The notes below the pieces were generated by a model, which worked only from the letters and a program-made list of their open reading frames with translations, was not told the DNA's origin and searched no databases. A stretch of 44,667 bases of DNA from contig NW_021834896.1 in assembly GCF_006345805.1 (NCBI RefSeq), forward strand, positions 1 to 44,667. The letters are read 5' to 3'. Shown here piece after piece: positions 10,089 to 22,828 of this stretch. This DNA is from Octopus sinensis (lineage: Eukaryota). Within the stretch, counting starts at the first letter, position 1, and every line of letters begins with the position of its first letter. Made by a program: the position numbers and the translations under genes.

Positions 10089-10664
10089 CACATACATACA
10101 TTCATACATACATACATATACAAATTTACAGAAAACAGAAGACGAAGACTACAAAAATGTACGGATATATATATATAGACAGAGAGATTTAGAAAGCGGG
10201 AATGAGAAGGGGAGGCTTTTGATTTACTCAGGAAACGTAGAAAACTATCAAATTATAAATTTATAAATTCTGATCGATGCATTACTGAGAAGTGAAACAA
10301 AACGTAAACTGATATTATGTATAAAACCTTATTATCGCTTTGATAGTCAAAGACCAAACGCAGCAATTACTCTGCTAAACTGTATCACATATTGGTACGT
10401 GCTGGTTCCTCTAACTTAAACTTTAAAAATGTCGAATATTCAATGTTTCTTGAAATAAGTCATCGCTGAAATATTGATTTCTTCCGAAAAATATTTCTTC
10501 CCGTAACTTATTCCCCATTAAGAAGTTGACCTCCAGTAAATTGTATGAAAAATATATGCGCGCCCGTGTGTGTGTGTATGTGGTGCTGTGGATTTTCTCT
10601 GTGTGTGTATGTTCTATTATATATATATATATATAACGTTAGTATATATCATATATATGTATAA

Positions 10665-10732
<68 letters not shown>

Positions 10733-11218
10733 ATATACATAATTATATATAATATATATATGTACGTATGTATGTATGTATATATCTATATGCACGTGTG
10801 GAACTATATATGTACATAAGTATACACAGAGATATATATATATATATGTGTGGTGTGTGTGTGTGTGTGTGTGTATACATAATTATACTCATATTTATGT
10901 ACATCTGCATATAAGAATAACACACACACAGATGCACACGTGCACATACACACACGCAAACACATACACAAACACACGCACACACATACACACATACAAT
11001 ATATATATATATATATGCATATATATATATACATTCAATAATATACATATATATTACACACACACACAAATATATAATATATATATATATATTATATATA
11101 TACATATATAATATATACTATACATCACACAAAAAATATAATATAATATATATTATATATATATATATTATATATATATATACATCAATATATATATATA
11201 CATATATATACATATATA

Positions 11219-11280
<62 letters not shown>

Positions 11281-11295
11281 ATATATATTATTATC

Positions 11296-11350
<55 letters not shown>

Positions 11351-11775
11351 CGTAAATGATGAATGATTCTACGCACACGTCCACACCGCAATTACAGATA
11401 TTTGATTGTTGCTTAAAGCTATTCGAGGAAACTTTTGCTAAATCAATAACGGTTTAAAAATAGTTTTCTATAAATTATTCAGATATGTGTGGCACATATC
11501 GATTAATTGGCACTAATTCATTTTACGTCAGCAGCATGAGACGGGACGAAAATATTGATATTCACTCAAAGAAAATATATTAGATAAATATTTTTTTAAA
11601 TATTGCTTTCAGGTAGACTTCAATAATGAGTAAAGTTATTTTGCTATCTTATTCACTTATAATGTGTATTTTGGGAATTACAACCGCTTCGTAAAATTCA
11701 TATTTTAATGTGGTGTAAGTGTATTATGTTATGTTTGTATATATGTACACACACACATATATAATATAATATATA

Positions 11776-11828
<53 letters not shown>

Positions 11829-11905
11829 ATATTATATAATATAATATATATATATATTATATATATATGTGTATTATATATATGTGTGTTATATATATAT
11901 ATATG

Positions 11906-11952
<47 letters not shown>

Positions 11953-12193
11953 TATATATATATATACACACCAGACAATATATATAATCTCTAATTTTGC
12001 AACCATTTAAAGAAAAAAAATGGAAGGCCTATCACCAATCAGTATCTTATTTTTTAACTTGAGACGCGACATAAGCCCATTTCACTAATATTCTCATACA
12101 TGCATTCACCCACAAATACATTTTTATATATGTATATATATATATATGTGTATATATATATGTATATATATATATAATATATATATAGATATA

Positions 12194-12231
<38 letters not shown>
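9920..12231. repeat. Large microsatellite fields (TA, GA, TG, CA, TACA) with short unique islands
   Basis: Fields at ~9920-10118, 10560-11350, 11735-11985 and 12125-12231. Unique islands at ~10120-10560 and ~11350-11730. Confidence 0.85.
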
Positions 12232-12233
<2 letters not shown>

Positions 12234-12242
12234 TTCAAAATG

Positions 12243-12447
12243 TGACCGCATGTGTACTGTTGGCGATTTTTTTCCTCTGTCTTCCCTTCTCTGGATCTTT
12301 CCTTCCCCTATGTTCCGACGAAGAGCTCGCTCGAAACGTTAAATCCTCCTTCTTCCTTCCTTCCTGAGCGTCCAATAATACTATATTTGTTCCACGTCCT
12401 CGCGTTGTTGTGTTTTCTCTTTGTGTTTTCATGTTTGGATTAACTAC
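12243..12447 (+). mobile_element. ~200 bp pLTR-like unit (copy 2 of 3)
   Basis: Core CCGACGA-A-GAGC-TC-GCTC-GAAACGTTA at 12315-12341. Flanked by (TA)n. Confidence 0.75.
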
Positions 12448-12500
12448 ATATATATTTTTTATTTTTTTTGACAACCCCACTAGAATGGGAGAAAGCGCTA

Positions 12501-12560
12501 ATGATCTGAATGATATGATCTGAATGATATGATCTGAATGATATGATCTGAATGATATGA
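12501..12560. repeat. 14 bp tandem repeat ATGATCTGAATGAT x4 plus partial
   Basis: Units start at 12501, 12515, 12529 and 12543. Confidence 0.9.
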
Positions 12561-12739
12561 TATTATATATTAAAAATGCAATAGTAAATAAATATCTGTA
12601 AATTGAACCATCCGATCTTCTGATTACCTCATTTCTTCTAATATATAATACCTGTACATCATCTCCAAACCTTCCAATATATATATAATATATATAATAT
12701 ATATATATATATATAATATAAACATACATACATTTGTCT

Positions 12740-12915
12740 GTGGACTCGCTGCGTGATAAGAAGTTTGCTTCCCAGTCACATGGTTCGAGGTTCAGTCTCA
12801 CTGCGTGGCACCTTGGGCAAGTGTCTTTTTCTATAGCCTCGGGCCGACCAAAGCCTTGTGAGTGGATTTGGTAGATGGAAACTGAAAGAAGCTCGCCGTA
12901 TATTTGTGTGTGTGT
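12740..12915 (+). mobile_element. SINE family B, 5' half
   Basis: tRNA-like head then GGCACCTTGGGCAAGTGTC...GAAACTGAAAGAAGC. Confidence 0.85.
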
Positions 12916-13559
12916 AAGTAATCTTTTAAATTGTTTGGCAGGAATTTTGATCTGAAACCGAATGTTGACATCGATTTTATTACATATTGACATATGTACT
13001 CACTGGTGGCTGTTTACTTCAGCTTTTAGTTATGTCCCTAAGAAGTTTTCATCACGATTTTTCTCTATCTCAATTTAAACTCTTTGAGAAGATCGCAGAA
13101 AAAAAATGTGATGAAAAATTCACGTTGACCTTTCCGGAGGAATTCAGATTCTTGTTTTAAAACAATGCCAATGTTCTGTAAAATGCGCCCCTTGATATTG
13201 CTGCCAAAGCTACAAACTTCAGAGATAATGCTCCTTAGATTTTTTATAACATTATACTACTGATAGCTGTTCACCCCAAAGCTGAAAGCTGGTACGAATG
13301 GGTAAGTCATTAATTTTCTACTGGCAGAATATTTTAGTCTTGATGGCAATGACAGGTTATCTCCATCATACTGTACGCTCTCACAATCACGGCAAGGACA
13401 GTTCGAAAATTCTCCTGAGTATTGGCACAAGAAGACAGTCGTCTGCAAACTACAGCGTTGAAATTGAGTCCTTTTTTTTTCTTTTTACTGCTTTTTCTTC
13501 TTTCTAAAGGATATTCAGCTGTGGTTTATATTTTTTAATCAGTATGTTTTCTGTATTTA

Positions 13560-15155
13560 AACGGAATTGGGTTGAACCGTTTCCAGTGCATTGATAGAGA
13601 TGGAAGATTTGGTATTTAGGGTTTATGTCTACGGGGCATTAGTCTAGGTGCTTGCTTACGGGAATTTTCCTAGTAGTGGGTTCTCGATTTGTTGCCTGTG
13701 CACCGTAAGTCTATCCCTCAAAGTTAAGCTAGTTTGAGCAATGTACTCACCACCACAACCTCCACATTTAAGAACATAGATTAAGTTCTTCGAAGCACAG
13801 GTGAAGTCATATTTTATGGTAAAAGTTTGACCTGACTTAAATTTCTATGTTGAACCCTATAAGAGGAAGATGCAAGTTCCGCAGTTAGGACGGTTCGACT
13901 TTTTGACTTTTGGGGTTGTATTTTTGGTGGGTAATTTGGTGCTGGTGAGTATTTTTTTAGGGATTGCGTTTGTCGCTAGCTTTTAATAAATTTTTTTTTC
14001 TAGTGCCTTTTTCATTTGTAGATCCTTCATAAGGAGAGGTATGTTTTGTTGGATGCTATTGTATGCCTCCATGTTTTTTGGATTGAGTGTTGATACGTAA
14101 GATAGAGTTTTAAGTGTGTCATCCGTAACTCTTGGATGTCTATCATTTTTTCACGTTCTATTCCATTTTTGATTAGACTGACCGGGTATTTTCTAACTAG
14201 TAATGTGTTTTTAAGTTCTTGCAGTCGCTTTTCTCGAGTTTCGGTATCTGATGCAATCGTGCAAATTCTTCTCGCTAAGTTGAACGGTATATTTATTTTA
14301 GTATGTTTTGAGTGGCAAGAGGAGAATAGAAGATATTGTTTTGAGTCCGTTTGTTTGAAGATGTCGGTTTCAATTTCAGTATCTCTCTTTATTATTAAGA
14401 TGTCCAGGAAGGGTAGTTGTTTGTGGCTGTACTCCATTGTAAACTGGATACTGCGGTTAATGTTGATTAAGTTTTTAAATTTTGAGAGTTGTTCAAGGTT
14501 TGTGGTCACAGGATGAGACAGTCATCCAGGTAGCGTTTCCATTTGGTGAGTAAGTATTTTTGGAAGTTGTCTCCAAATTTCAATCTAGTGTGTTCGTATA
14601 TATGCACTTTCAAGTATGCCATGACAAGGTTGGCGAAAGTAGACGCTACCCTCGTTCCCATCGCTGTGCCCGATGTTTGTCTGTAAGTGTTTTCGTTGAA
14701 ATTGAAGTTGTTCTGTAGGATGAATTTATTTCTTCAACGATGAATTCTTTTCCGATTCTGTCAGGAATGTCATTTGGGAATTTTCCAGCCTGTATTGTAT
14801 GGCTATTATTCCGTATTCGTGAGGAATTGAGGTGTAGAGGTTTATTACATCGAATGAAATCTGGAGGGAGTTTTTTTCTGGTTTTGTTCGGGAGATGGTT
14901 TAAAAAGTCCACATCATCCCGTATAAAGCTCGGCATATGTTGGAGAATAGGTTTGAGGAGAACGTCAATGAAGTTACTGAGTTTGTGTGTCTCACACGAG
15001 GGACCAGTCACAATTGGTCTCATTTTGAGATCTCTCGGGTCTGGAATATTTATGACTATAGAAGTTGATTTGTTACAGGCTTCGTTTAGGGCCTCACTTT
15101 TGTGGATTTTGGGAAGTCCATAGAAGTTACTGGTTTTGCAGTCAAATCTAGTCAA
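13560..15155 (-). mobile_element. Decayed Penelope-like retroelement ORF (RT plus GIY-YIG endonuclease)
   Basis: Motifs FYGLPKIHK, MRPIV, GTAMGT..A.TFANL, RYLDD, LPFLDI, Cys linker RPNCGTC and GIY-YIG LIYVLKCGGCGGEYIAQT...LRDRLTVH (~13690-13784). Several frameshifts and stops. Confidence 0.92.
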
Positions 15156-15316
15156 GTAGAAACAACTTTTAAAGATGTTTTTCTAATTTTAAACTTTTAC
15201 CATTGATAAAAAAAAAAGATATTGTTGAAACTAGTTTGGTATATATGTAAATAGATGTATTTTAAACATTTACGGGTTTTTGAAATTCGGTTGCATTTTC
15301 AACAACACATTTTTCC

Positions 15317-15433
<117 letters not shown>

Positions 15434-15589
15434 TGTATATAAGGGTTATAATCTAATTTGTGTCCACATGAAGCACTTCTGCATGTTCGCATTGATAAAA
15501 TCTCTATATATAGATGTCTTATTTTGAATAATATATACACACGCGCTTGTGTGTGTGTGTGTATAAATATATATATATATATATATATC

Positions 15590-15766
15590 GGTTTCAAATT
15601 TTGGCACAAGGCCAGCAATTTCGGCGGGGTTGCTCAACTGGTACTGTCGATCACCCCGAAAAGATGAAAGTCGACCTCGGCAGAATTTGAACTCAGGACG
15701 TAAAGACGGATGAAATGCCGCTAAGCATTTTGCACAGTGTGCTAATGATTCTTCCAGCTCATGCCC
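15590..15766 (-). mobile_element. SINE family A monomer (tail A2)
   Basis: GGTTTCAAATTTTGGCACAAG...GAATTTGAACTCAG...GCTAAGCATTT is the reverse complement of the 6232 type. Confidence 0.8.
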
Positions 15767-16097
15767 TATACACATATATATATACTTATATATTACCGTT
15801 AGCTTTTATAATGGGGTCCAGTTGAATCTAACGCAGTGTAAAATAGCAAAACATTTTTTAAAAAATTCCTCGTTGGCTAAAGTCAATAAAAGTAGGGACA
15901 ACGATTTTTTTGCCATAAATCCAGCCATGATATCTGATAGACATTGGCCAGCTGTTCTTTATTTTTGTTTTTATGTTTCATTTGTTTCAATGTTTAGTCA
16001 TGAAATGGTGCGGCTTTAATTCCATTGTAGTTTAGTCAATAAAATACAAAGTGTTTGAAATATTTGCACAATAATTTTGTTTGCGTTGTTCTTGATG

Positions 16098-16257
16098 ATC
16101 ATGATTACGATGATGATGATGATGATGACGATGATGATGATGATGATAATGTGGTGGTGGTGGTGGTGGTAGTGACAGTGGTCGTGGTGGTCGTGGTAAC
16201 GGTGGTGGTGGTGGTGGTGGTGGCTGTGGAGGGGTAATGATGGAGCCAGTGGTGGTG

Positions 16258-16311
<54 letters not shown>
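16098..16311. repeat. Compound trinucleotide tract (GAT)n-(GGT)n-(AAT)n
   Basis: Direct reading. Source of the poly-L/H/I/P/V/D ORFs in the track. Confidence 0.95.
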
Positions 16312-16314
<3 letters not shown>

Positions 16315-16539
16315 TTTCCCTCCAATCCACCCTCAATAAACAATGCAACAGCCTTATATGAAGGTAGGTGAAGGATCGTAAAATAAACTCCATTTTAATC
16401 TTCCTCAAATGTCGATAAAATAATCATTAGTTTTTAATTACCGCAGAGAGCATTGATGTAATTATAATTAACAATATCTTTTATCATTTCCTCAAACACC
16501 CACTCAATAAAATACGCACCAGTTTTGTTTTACAGTGGT

Positions 16540-16750
16540 GAGGTTGGTCGATGAAGTTAATTACACCCCTACCGATCGGCCAGGGAGACTCTATGAAGTG
16601 GATTGAGTTGCTAGAAATAGCAACTAAATCACCCTTAAATCACGTCTTGCCGTCTTCTTTAAAAATTGAGACATTGGATAATGTAATCCTGGATAATCCT
16701 AAAATAATAAAATGATGGGATGATCACAGCTGACCTGGGTTAAACAGCAA
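16540..16750 (-). mobile_element. Dispersed repeat family C
   Basis: Reverse complement reads GTGATTTAAGGGTGATTTAGTTGCTATTTCTAGC...AGAGTCTCCCT, matching the 33.1-33.8 kb minisatellite unit. Confidence 0.6.
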
Positions 16751-16802
16751 CAAAGCAACGGCAGAACGGTGGGGAAACACGGATTCTTATATTTCATGGT
16801 TT

Positions 16803-17180
16803 ACCTTTTACATGTTTCAGTCACTTAATTGCGGCCAAACTGGAGCACCGCCTTTAGTCGAGCAAATCGACCCCAGAACTTATTCTTTGGAAGCCTATTA
16901 CTTATTCTATCGGACTCCTGTGCCGAACCGCTAAGTTACGGGAACGTAAACAGACCAGTATCGGTTGTTAAGCTATGTTGGGGACACACAGACATGCAAA
17001 CATATACACATACATACATATATATATACATATATAGACGGGCTTCTTTTCAGTTTCTACCAAATCCACTCGGTCTGAGGCTATAGTAGAAGAGACTTGC
17101 CCAAGGTTCCACGCAGTAGGAATGAACCCGGAACCATGTGGTTGATAAGAAGCTACTTACCACACAGCCACTCCTGCTCC
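16803..17180 (-). mobile_element. SINE family B, near full length
   Basis: Both halves present, with an internal (CATA/TA)n linker. Confidence 0.9.
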
Positions 17181-17474
17181 TAAATAATTGAACTAAATGG
17201 ATATGGAAACGGCTGTAGATTAGTAGTTTCATTATATGAACTTGAATATCTTTGAATAAACTAATGTCGGCATGTCCATTTCTCCAATACTATTTGTTAC
17301 ATATTTATATCATACCTTGATCCTGTGTGAACCAAGATCCCCGATGACAGGCCGCTGGTATTTATAGAGTGTTAAACACTTTAGGGAGTCCTTCATAGAG
17401 TAACTGCTGCATTTGTTGAGTATATAAGCAGTTTAGTTGCTTGTTTCTTTCGAGACTGTCAGAATGACGTGGAC

Positions 17475-17517
17475 GCCTCTGATGAGAACCCAATAAGGTT
17501 CGAAAGTCGATTAAGGT
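17475..17517 (+). ncRNA. Minimal type I hammerhead ribozyme candidate with intact core
   Basis: GCCT-CTGATGA-GAACC-CAATAA-GGTTC-GAAA-G-TCGA-TTA-AGGT. 5 bp stem II, palindromic UCGA loop, UUA triplet, stem I GCCU/AGGU. Confidence 0.7.
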
Positions 17518-17593
17518 TGTTCATCACTCTTTTTTCTCAATGCCGAGAAATGGCTAAAAATTCCGTTATAATTATACCATATGTTATATATAT

Positions 17594-17638
<45 letters not shown>

Positions 17639-17694
17639 ATATATATTATAAAATGAGATAGGGGTTGAAAATTCAACCCACCATATATATATAA

Positions 17695-17736
<42 letters not shown>

Positions 17737-17761
17737 AGGGGTGTTGTGTGTGTGTGTGTGT

Positions 17762-17806
<45 letters not shown>

Positions 17807-17808
<2 letters not shown>

Positions 17809-18675
17809 GCGGAACCATCTTGGTTGAAGGAACAATACTGAAAGTGATAGATAAGTTTGTCTACCTGGGCAGCACACTGAACCGTTCTTGCTCCCAGGAT
17901 GATGAAATATCTTTCGGGCTGCAGAGAGCAACTGATTCCTTCCAGTATCTTCAGTCTCGTGTCTGGTCCCAACATAGCATCACAAGGCAAACAAAAATTG
18001 CTGCGAACCGTGCATGTGTACTGACATCGCTCCTTTACTCATGTGAGACATGGACCCTTTAGAAACGTCATGTAAAGGTCCTTGAATGTTTTCATCAGAG
18101 ATGTCTGAGACACATTCTAAATGTTGGCTGGACCTTAAAAACTCCAGACTCACAGGTCCTGAAGGAAGATGATATCTTGAGTAATGAGACGATGGTGCAC
18201 AAGCACCGGTTACGTTGGACTGGACACCTTATTAGAATGAAGGATAGCAGGATCCCTAAACAGATGTTATATGGGGAACTTGTTAGTGGAAAGAGACCCC
18301 GGCAGAAACCAAGGCTACGATTTAAGGATTGCGTCACGTCCTCATTAAAGACCTGTGATATGCAAGAAACCGACTGGGAGAGCAATGCTTGTCATCGCCA
18401 AAAAATGGAGGGAGCTGGTTAAGGAGGGTTCCACACTTTTGAGAAAGCACGTATTCTGCATGAAGAATTTAAGTATGCTACTCGAAAGCGCATTGCTAAA
18501 GTAGTGGATGGGGGAAAGCTTGGTTTGCAATGTTTGTAATCGTGTATGCTTGTCAAGAGCAGGGCTCATTAGCCACCAACGGAGCCTCAAATGCAAAATA
18601 TACGTTAGTCCTAGAGGGTACAATGTTCCTAAAAGTCAGCAATCGTCTTCCTCGCTCACGAGTGAACGACCATCA
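17807..18675 (+). mobile_element. RTE-clade LINE 3' fragment (pseudogenised RT C-terminus)
   Basis: FVYLGS, LLYSCETW, RLRWTGHLIRM...RIPKQMLYG...KPRLRFKD and terminal CNVCNRVCLSRAGLISH, with stops and frameshifts. Confidence 0.92.
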
Positions 18676-18684
18676 TATATAGGC

Positions 18685-19072
18685 GCATCAAGGTATCTTT
18701 TTACGTCATCCAAAGAATTGAAATTTTTACCATTAAAACTATTCTACAGAGACCTGAATAAGTGGAAATCCGAAGGGCCAATATCTGGTGAATATGGAAG
18801 GTGGAGTAACACATCCTAGCAGAGCTGCAGCAATTTTTGTCTGGTTCCTAAAGCATCAAGTGCCGAAAATGAACTTTATTATCTTCCATTTTAAAGATGT
18901 TACAGAATTAACACAGGTTATAGGAACATAAACCTTCTTCCACGAAAAGATAGCTTAAACTGTGCTCTAAATGGAGGTGTAGTCAAATCCTATTTTATGG
19001 ACTCAACCATGTTCTAAAATAAGTCGAAACGTAAGCTACTATAAATCGGCACGAACTTTCCTAACAACCCAA
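18685..19072 (-). mobile_element. Truncated copy of the 518 bp mariner deletion derivative
   Basis: Reverse complement of 26938-~27320, including the TIR (AAATCGGCACGAACTTTCC...CCCAA, then TA) and the same internal junction. Confidence 0.9.
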
Positions 19073-19490
19073 TATATAACAGGGCAGGCGTAGCTCACAT
19101 ATGTGTTGGCTCAAAGCTGGCCTAGGGTCAAACAATAGACCAACAAAAACAACAGCAGACCAATATTTGTCTGTTATTTTGTGTTGGGTCTGTGCAGAAT
19201 ATGACCTTGAAGATGACCTTCATAACAATAAATTCTGTCATTTTACATTCCTGCACCTAGTTCTAAAAAAAGATAGAATGAAAGAAAGACAGACAGGCAG
19301 AAAGAAAGAGAACAGTGTGCAATTGTGTGTAAACATTTTTTGTGATATTTACAAACGTAATAATATTATTTGCACATAAAAGGACAATAAGGTAAACCTA
19401 AATACATAAGTTTTAAATAAGTTTTGAAAAGGACCGTCAGTTATTTTGTTTATCAAGGAATTCTATTCATTGCTTGGCAGGCGAGTTAAA

Positions 19491-19643
19491 GCGTTGAGCT
19501 GGCAGAGTTGTTAGAGCGTCGGAGAAAAGGTCTCACGAGATTTGTTCTCATTCTTTACATTCTGAGTTCGAGTCGTGCTTTTTATCATCGCAGTGTGGAT
19601 AAAACAAGGTACAAGACAGTAACTGGGATCGATGGTATCAATT
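19491..19643 (+). mobile_element. Old SINE family A-like copy
   Basis: GAGCTGGCAGAGTTGTTAG...CTGAGTTCGAG...ACTGGGATCGAT, heavily diverged. Confidence 0.55.
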
Positions 19644-19692
19644 CAGATATCTGTATGTGTGTGTGCGTGTGTGTGTGTGTGTGAGTGTGAGA

Positions 19693-19769
<77 letters not shown>

Positions 19770-19867
19770 GACTGTTGGGTCGACTAGAAAAGCTAAAACT
19801 TTATTCTCTCCAACGTCGTCGTGAGCGCTACATATCTGCATGATGTGGAAAATATTCCATCAGCATT

Positions 19868-20253
19868 GCCCCAATGATGTTGGCATCACCTTTAAGGTAC
19901 ATTCAAGGCTTGGGCCCCGTGCCATCCGCCCACAACAAAAATCGCACTCTCATCTCATAACAACAATACGCACATTATTTCACCTCAATTGGCCCCGCTC
20001 TCTTTAACATTACACCAAGACACATTAAAACAGAAACTGACCCTATAGGGTTCAAGAAGTCTTTGGACAGATTCCTTCAAGAAATCCCGGATAAACCCCC
20101 TACAACCCGGATATGTCTCTGTTAAACAATAACTCTCTACTTGAGTGGGCATAGTGCCCAAATTCTGACTTGAAAGACTTCACCAGGTGGTGCTATTAAG
20201 TTAGACATGGCCTGGCCAATAATGGCCGAAACCTATCAAAGTATCAAGTATCA

Positions 20254-20254
<1 letters not shown>
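19868..20254 (+). mobile_element. CR1-like LINE 3' end
   Basis: Translation YFTSIGPALFNITPRHIK...FKKSLDRFLQEIPDKP resembles the CR1-group ORF2 C-terminus. 3' hairpin GGCC-AATAAT-GGCC and (AAGTATC)2 tail. Confidence 0.7.
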
Positions 20255-20298
<44 letters not shown>

Positions 20299-20344
20299 GC
20301 TCACACAACACACACATTGTTATGTAGTTTGTATGTAATGTATA

Positions 20345-20734
20345 GGCGTAGGCGTGGCTGTGTGGTAAGAAGCTTTGCTTCTCAACTACATGGCTCTGGG
20401 TTCAGTCCCACTGTGTGGCACCTTGGGTAAATATCTTCTACTATAGCCTAGGGCCGACCAAAGCTTTGTGAGTGGATTTGGTAAATGGAAACTGAAAGAA
20501 GCCCGTCGTATATATATACATTTGTGTGTGTTTGCCCTCCCCCCGCCATCATTTGACAACCGATGCTGGTGTGTTTACGTCCCCGTAAGTTAGCAGTTCA
20601 ACAATAGAGACCGATAGAATAAATACCAGATTTACAAAAATAAGTCCTAGGGTCGATTTCTTCGACTAAAACCCTCGGAGGTGCTCCAGCATGGCCGCAG
20701 CAGCCATATGACGGAAATAAGTAAAAGAATAAAA
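20345..20734 (+). mobile_element. SINE family B, full length with short internal linker
   Basis: Head, CCTTGGGTAAAT central motif, short TA/TG linker, 3' half ending GTAAAAGAATAAAA. Confidence 0.9.
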
Positions 20735-21558
20735 TAATGAAAAGAGAAAGATAAAAAGAAAGAAAGAGATAAAATATCTGTGCGCGTGTGTGTGTGTGTG
20801 TGTGTGTGTGTTGTGTGTGTGTATGTGTGTGTGTGTATGTGTGTGTGTGTGTGTGTGTGTGTCTGCGTGTGTGTGTACATGACATATAATATCCGTCTAT
20901 TTACATATATATGTAGGGAAAATGCTGGCAAAATCCCAAACACCAATTCACTGCCTAGGAATCGAACCCAAAGTCACTGCATTCAGACGTGAACAGAAAC
21001 CTGTCAAATATTGATGACGTCAGCAATCCCCTGTCAATCATGTCTCTGATAAACACATTAACTTGTTTTTATCAGTAACTGAAATAACCGGCAAAAAATA
21101 CAATAGGCCTAGCAGATGCTTGACTCGTTAGAATCTCAGTTGTTGTAAACAGCCATTTTGGGATAATGAATACATTGAAATCTCAATAAAAATTTTGTGT
21201 TTGGCGCCTTTTCTATTACAGACTATGGCTATATATAAATGATTCGTCTGGTAACTGACCGTATGTGATCTGTGATCGCAACACAGCGAAGACTTCGGCC
21301 ACTCAGCTTCGGTTACGGGATGCAACGACTAGTACAGTCCGATAACATTATGGACGCATGTCTCTCACGAACACACATGAACTGATTTACTTGGTATAAA
21401 TATCTATTTTTCTATTATTCGTCGCAATATATTTCGTAAACGATAACTTTGTTCTTCTGTCAACCAATGCAAAACATACAACTGTTTCATATATATGATA
21501 CACATATTATATAGACACATGCATATAATATACGTACATATATCCTTGTGCATATACG

Positions 21559-21592
<34 letters not shown>

Positions 21593-21614
21593 TGTATGTA
21601 TGTATGTATGTAGT

Positions 21615-21866
21615 GGAGGCGCGTGGCTTAGTGGTTAGGGTGTCAGCATCATGATCGTAAGATTGTAGTTTCGATTCCTGGACCGGGCGACGCGTTGTGT
21701 TTTTGAGCAAAACACTTCATTTCACGTTGCTGCAGTCCACTCAGCTGGCAAAAATAAGTAACACTGCGATGGACTGGCGTCCCGTCCAGCTGGGGAGCAC
21801 ATACACCATTGAAACCAGGAAACCGGGCCTATGAGCCTGGCTAGGTTTTAAAAAGGGCGCATATAT
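21615..21866 (+). mobile_element. tRNA-derived SINE related to family D, with CORE-like central motif
   Basis: A box TGGCTTAGTGG, B box GTTTCGATTCC, then TTGAGCAAAACACTT...CAGTCCACTCAGCTG...GCGATGGACTGGCGTCCCGTCCAG. Sits between (TATG)n tracts. Confidence 0.8.
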
Positions 21867-22467
21867 TATTATTTTTTATTTTGTGTGTATGTGTGTAGTA
21901 TGTATGTATGTATGTATGTATGTATGTATGTATGTATGTATGTATGTATGTATGTATGTAGCAATCTTTATAGCTTCCTTCACGTGGATATATTGTAACA
22001 AATTCACACCACTGAGGAAGTGTCTCGTATAGACGTATATTGCTAAAAACTACAAATGTATCAGTAACAAATGAAAAGCGTCCAGCAGCGGCAATGGAAA
22101 TGCTAGATCCGGTATTTCTGCGTATTTGCGCGTCATCAGTAGCAACTATCCACCATCACCGAATGCTTCGACAAAATTCTGCCTCCACTGATATATAAAA
22201 ACAGTGGTAAATCAGTCACTGGTGTTGAAAATAGCTGGTGAGCTGGGTGAAAATCCGTTGTTAGAGACAGAAGCAATATTAGATCAGAATAGCTATCTGT
22301 ATACTAATACCGCAGAATGTGGTTTTCTTATAATATATCCATGCTAAGTAAGATACTTAGTCAAAATAATAAAATGTGATTAGGTAAAATCATAGCAATT
22401 CTAAACCCAAACAAAAAGGAAGAGAGTTAACACCATTCTGATCCATTGCCCTCTTATATGCGTCCTT

Positions 22468-22828
22468 ATGGCCCAGTGGTTAGGGCAGCGAACTCGCGGT
22501 CGTAGGATCGCGGTTTCGATTCCCAGACCGGGCGTTGTGAGTGTTTATTAAGCGAAAACACCTAAAGCTCCACGAGGCTCCGGCAGGGATGGTGGTGATC
22601 CCTGCTGTACTCTTTCACCACAACTTTCTCTTACTTCCTGTTTCTGTTGTACCTGTATTTCAAAGGGCCGGCCTTGTCACTCTCTGTGTCACGCTGAATA
22701 TCCCCGAGAACTACGTTAAGGGTACACGTGTCTGTGGAGTGCTCAGCCACTTACACGTTAATTTCACGAGCAGGCTGTTCCGCTGATCGGATCAACCGGA
22801 ACCCTCGTCGTCGTAACCGACGGAGTGC
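22468..22828 (+). mobile_element. SINE family D (tail variant Y)
   Basis: Family D head and a 3' stem-loop TTCCG-CTGATC-G-GATCAA-CCGGAA. Confidence 0.85.

Noticed and set aside
3109-12251. Many ORF-track entries rich in YI/CV/HT/LS repeats, here and throughout the window
   Set aside because: They are translations of TA, TG, CA, CT and TATC microsatellites, which lack stops in some frames.
12235-12993. Longest ORF in the track (252 aa, minus strand)
   Set aside because: Runs through an antisense SINE B half, a TA tract, a 14 bp repeat and an antisense pLTR unit, so it is a chance mosaic.
14136-15123. Plus-strand ORFs of 126-127 aa
   Set aside because: Antisense shadows of the Penelope RT.
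16016-16408. Poly-L/H/I/P/V/D ORFs, and similar ones at 28163-28582
   Set aside because: Trinucleotide microsatellites with no surrounding coding signal.
22012-22050. CTGAGGA-A-GTGTCT...AGAC
   Set aside because: GAAA half of the core is absent.
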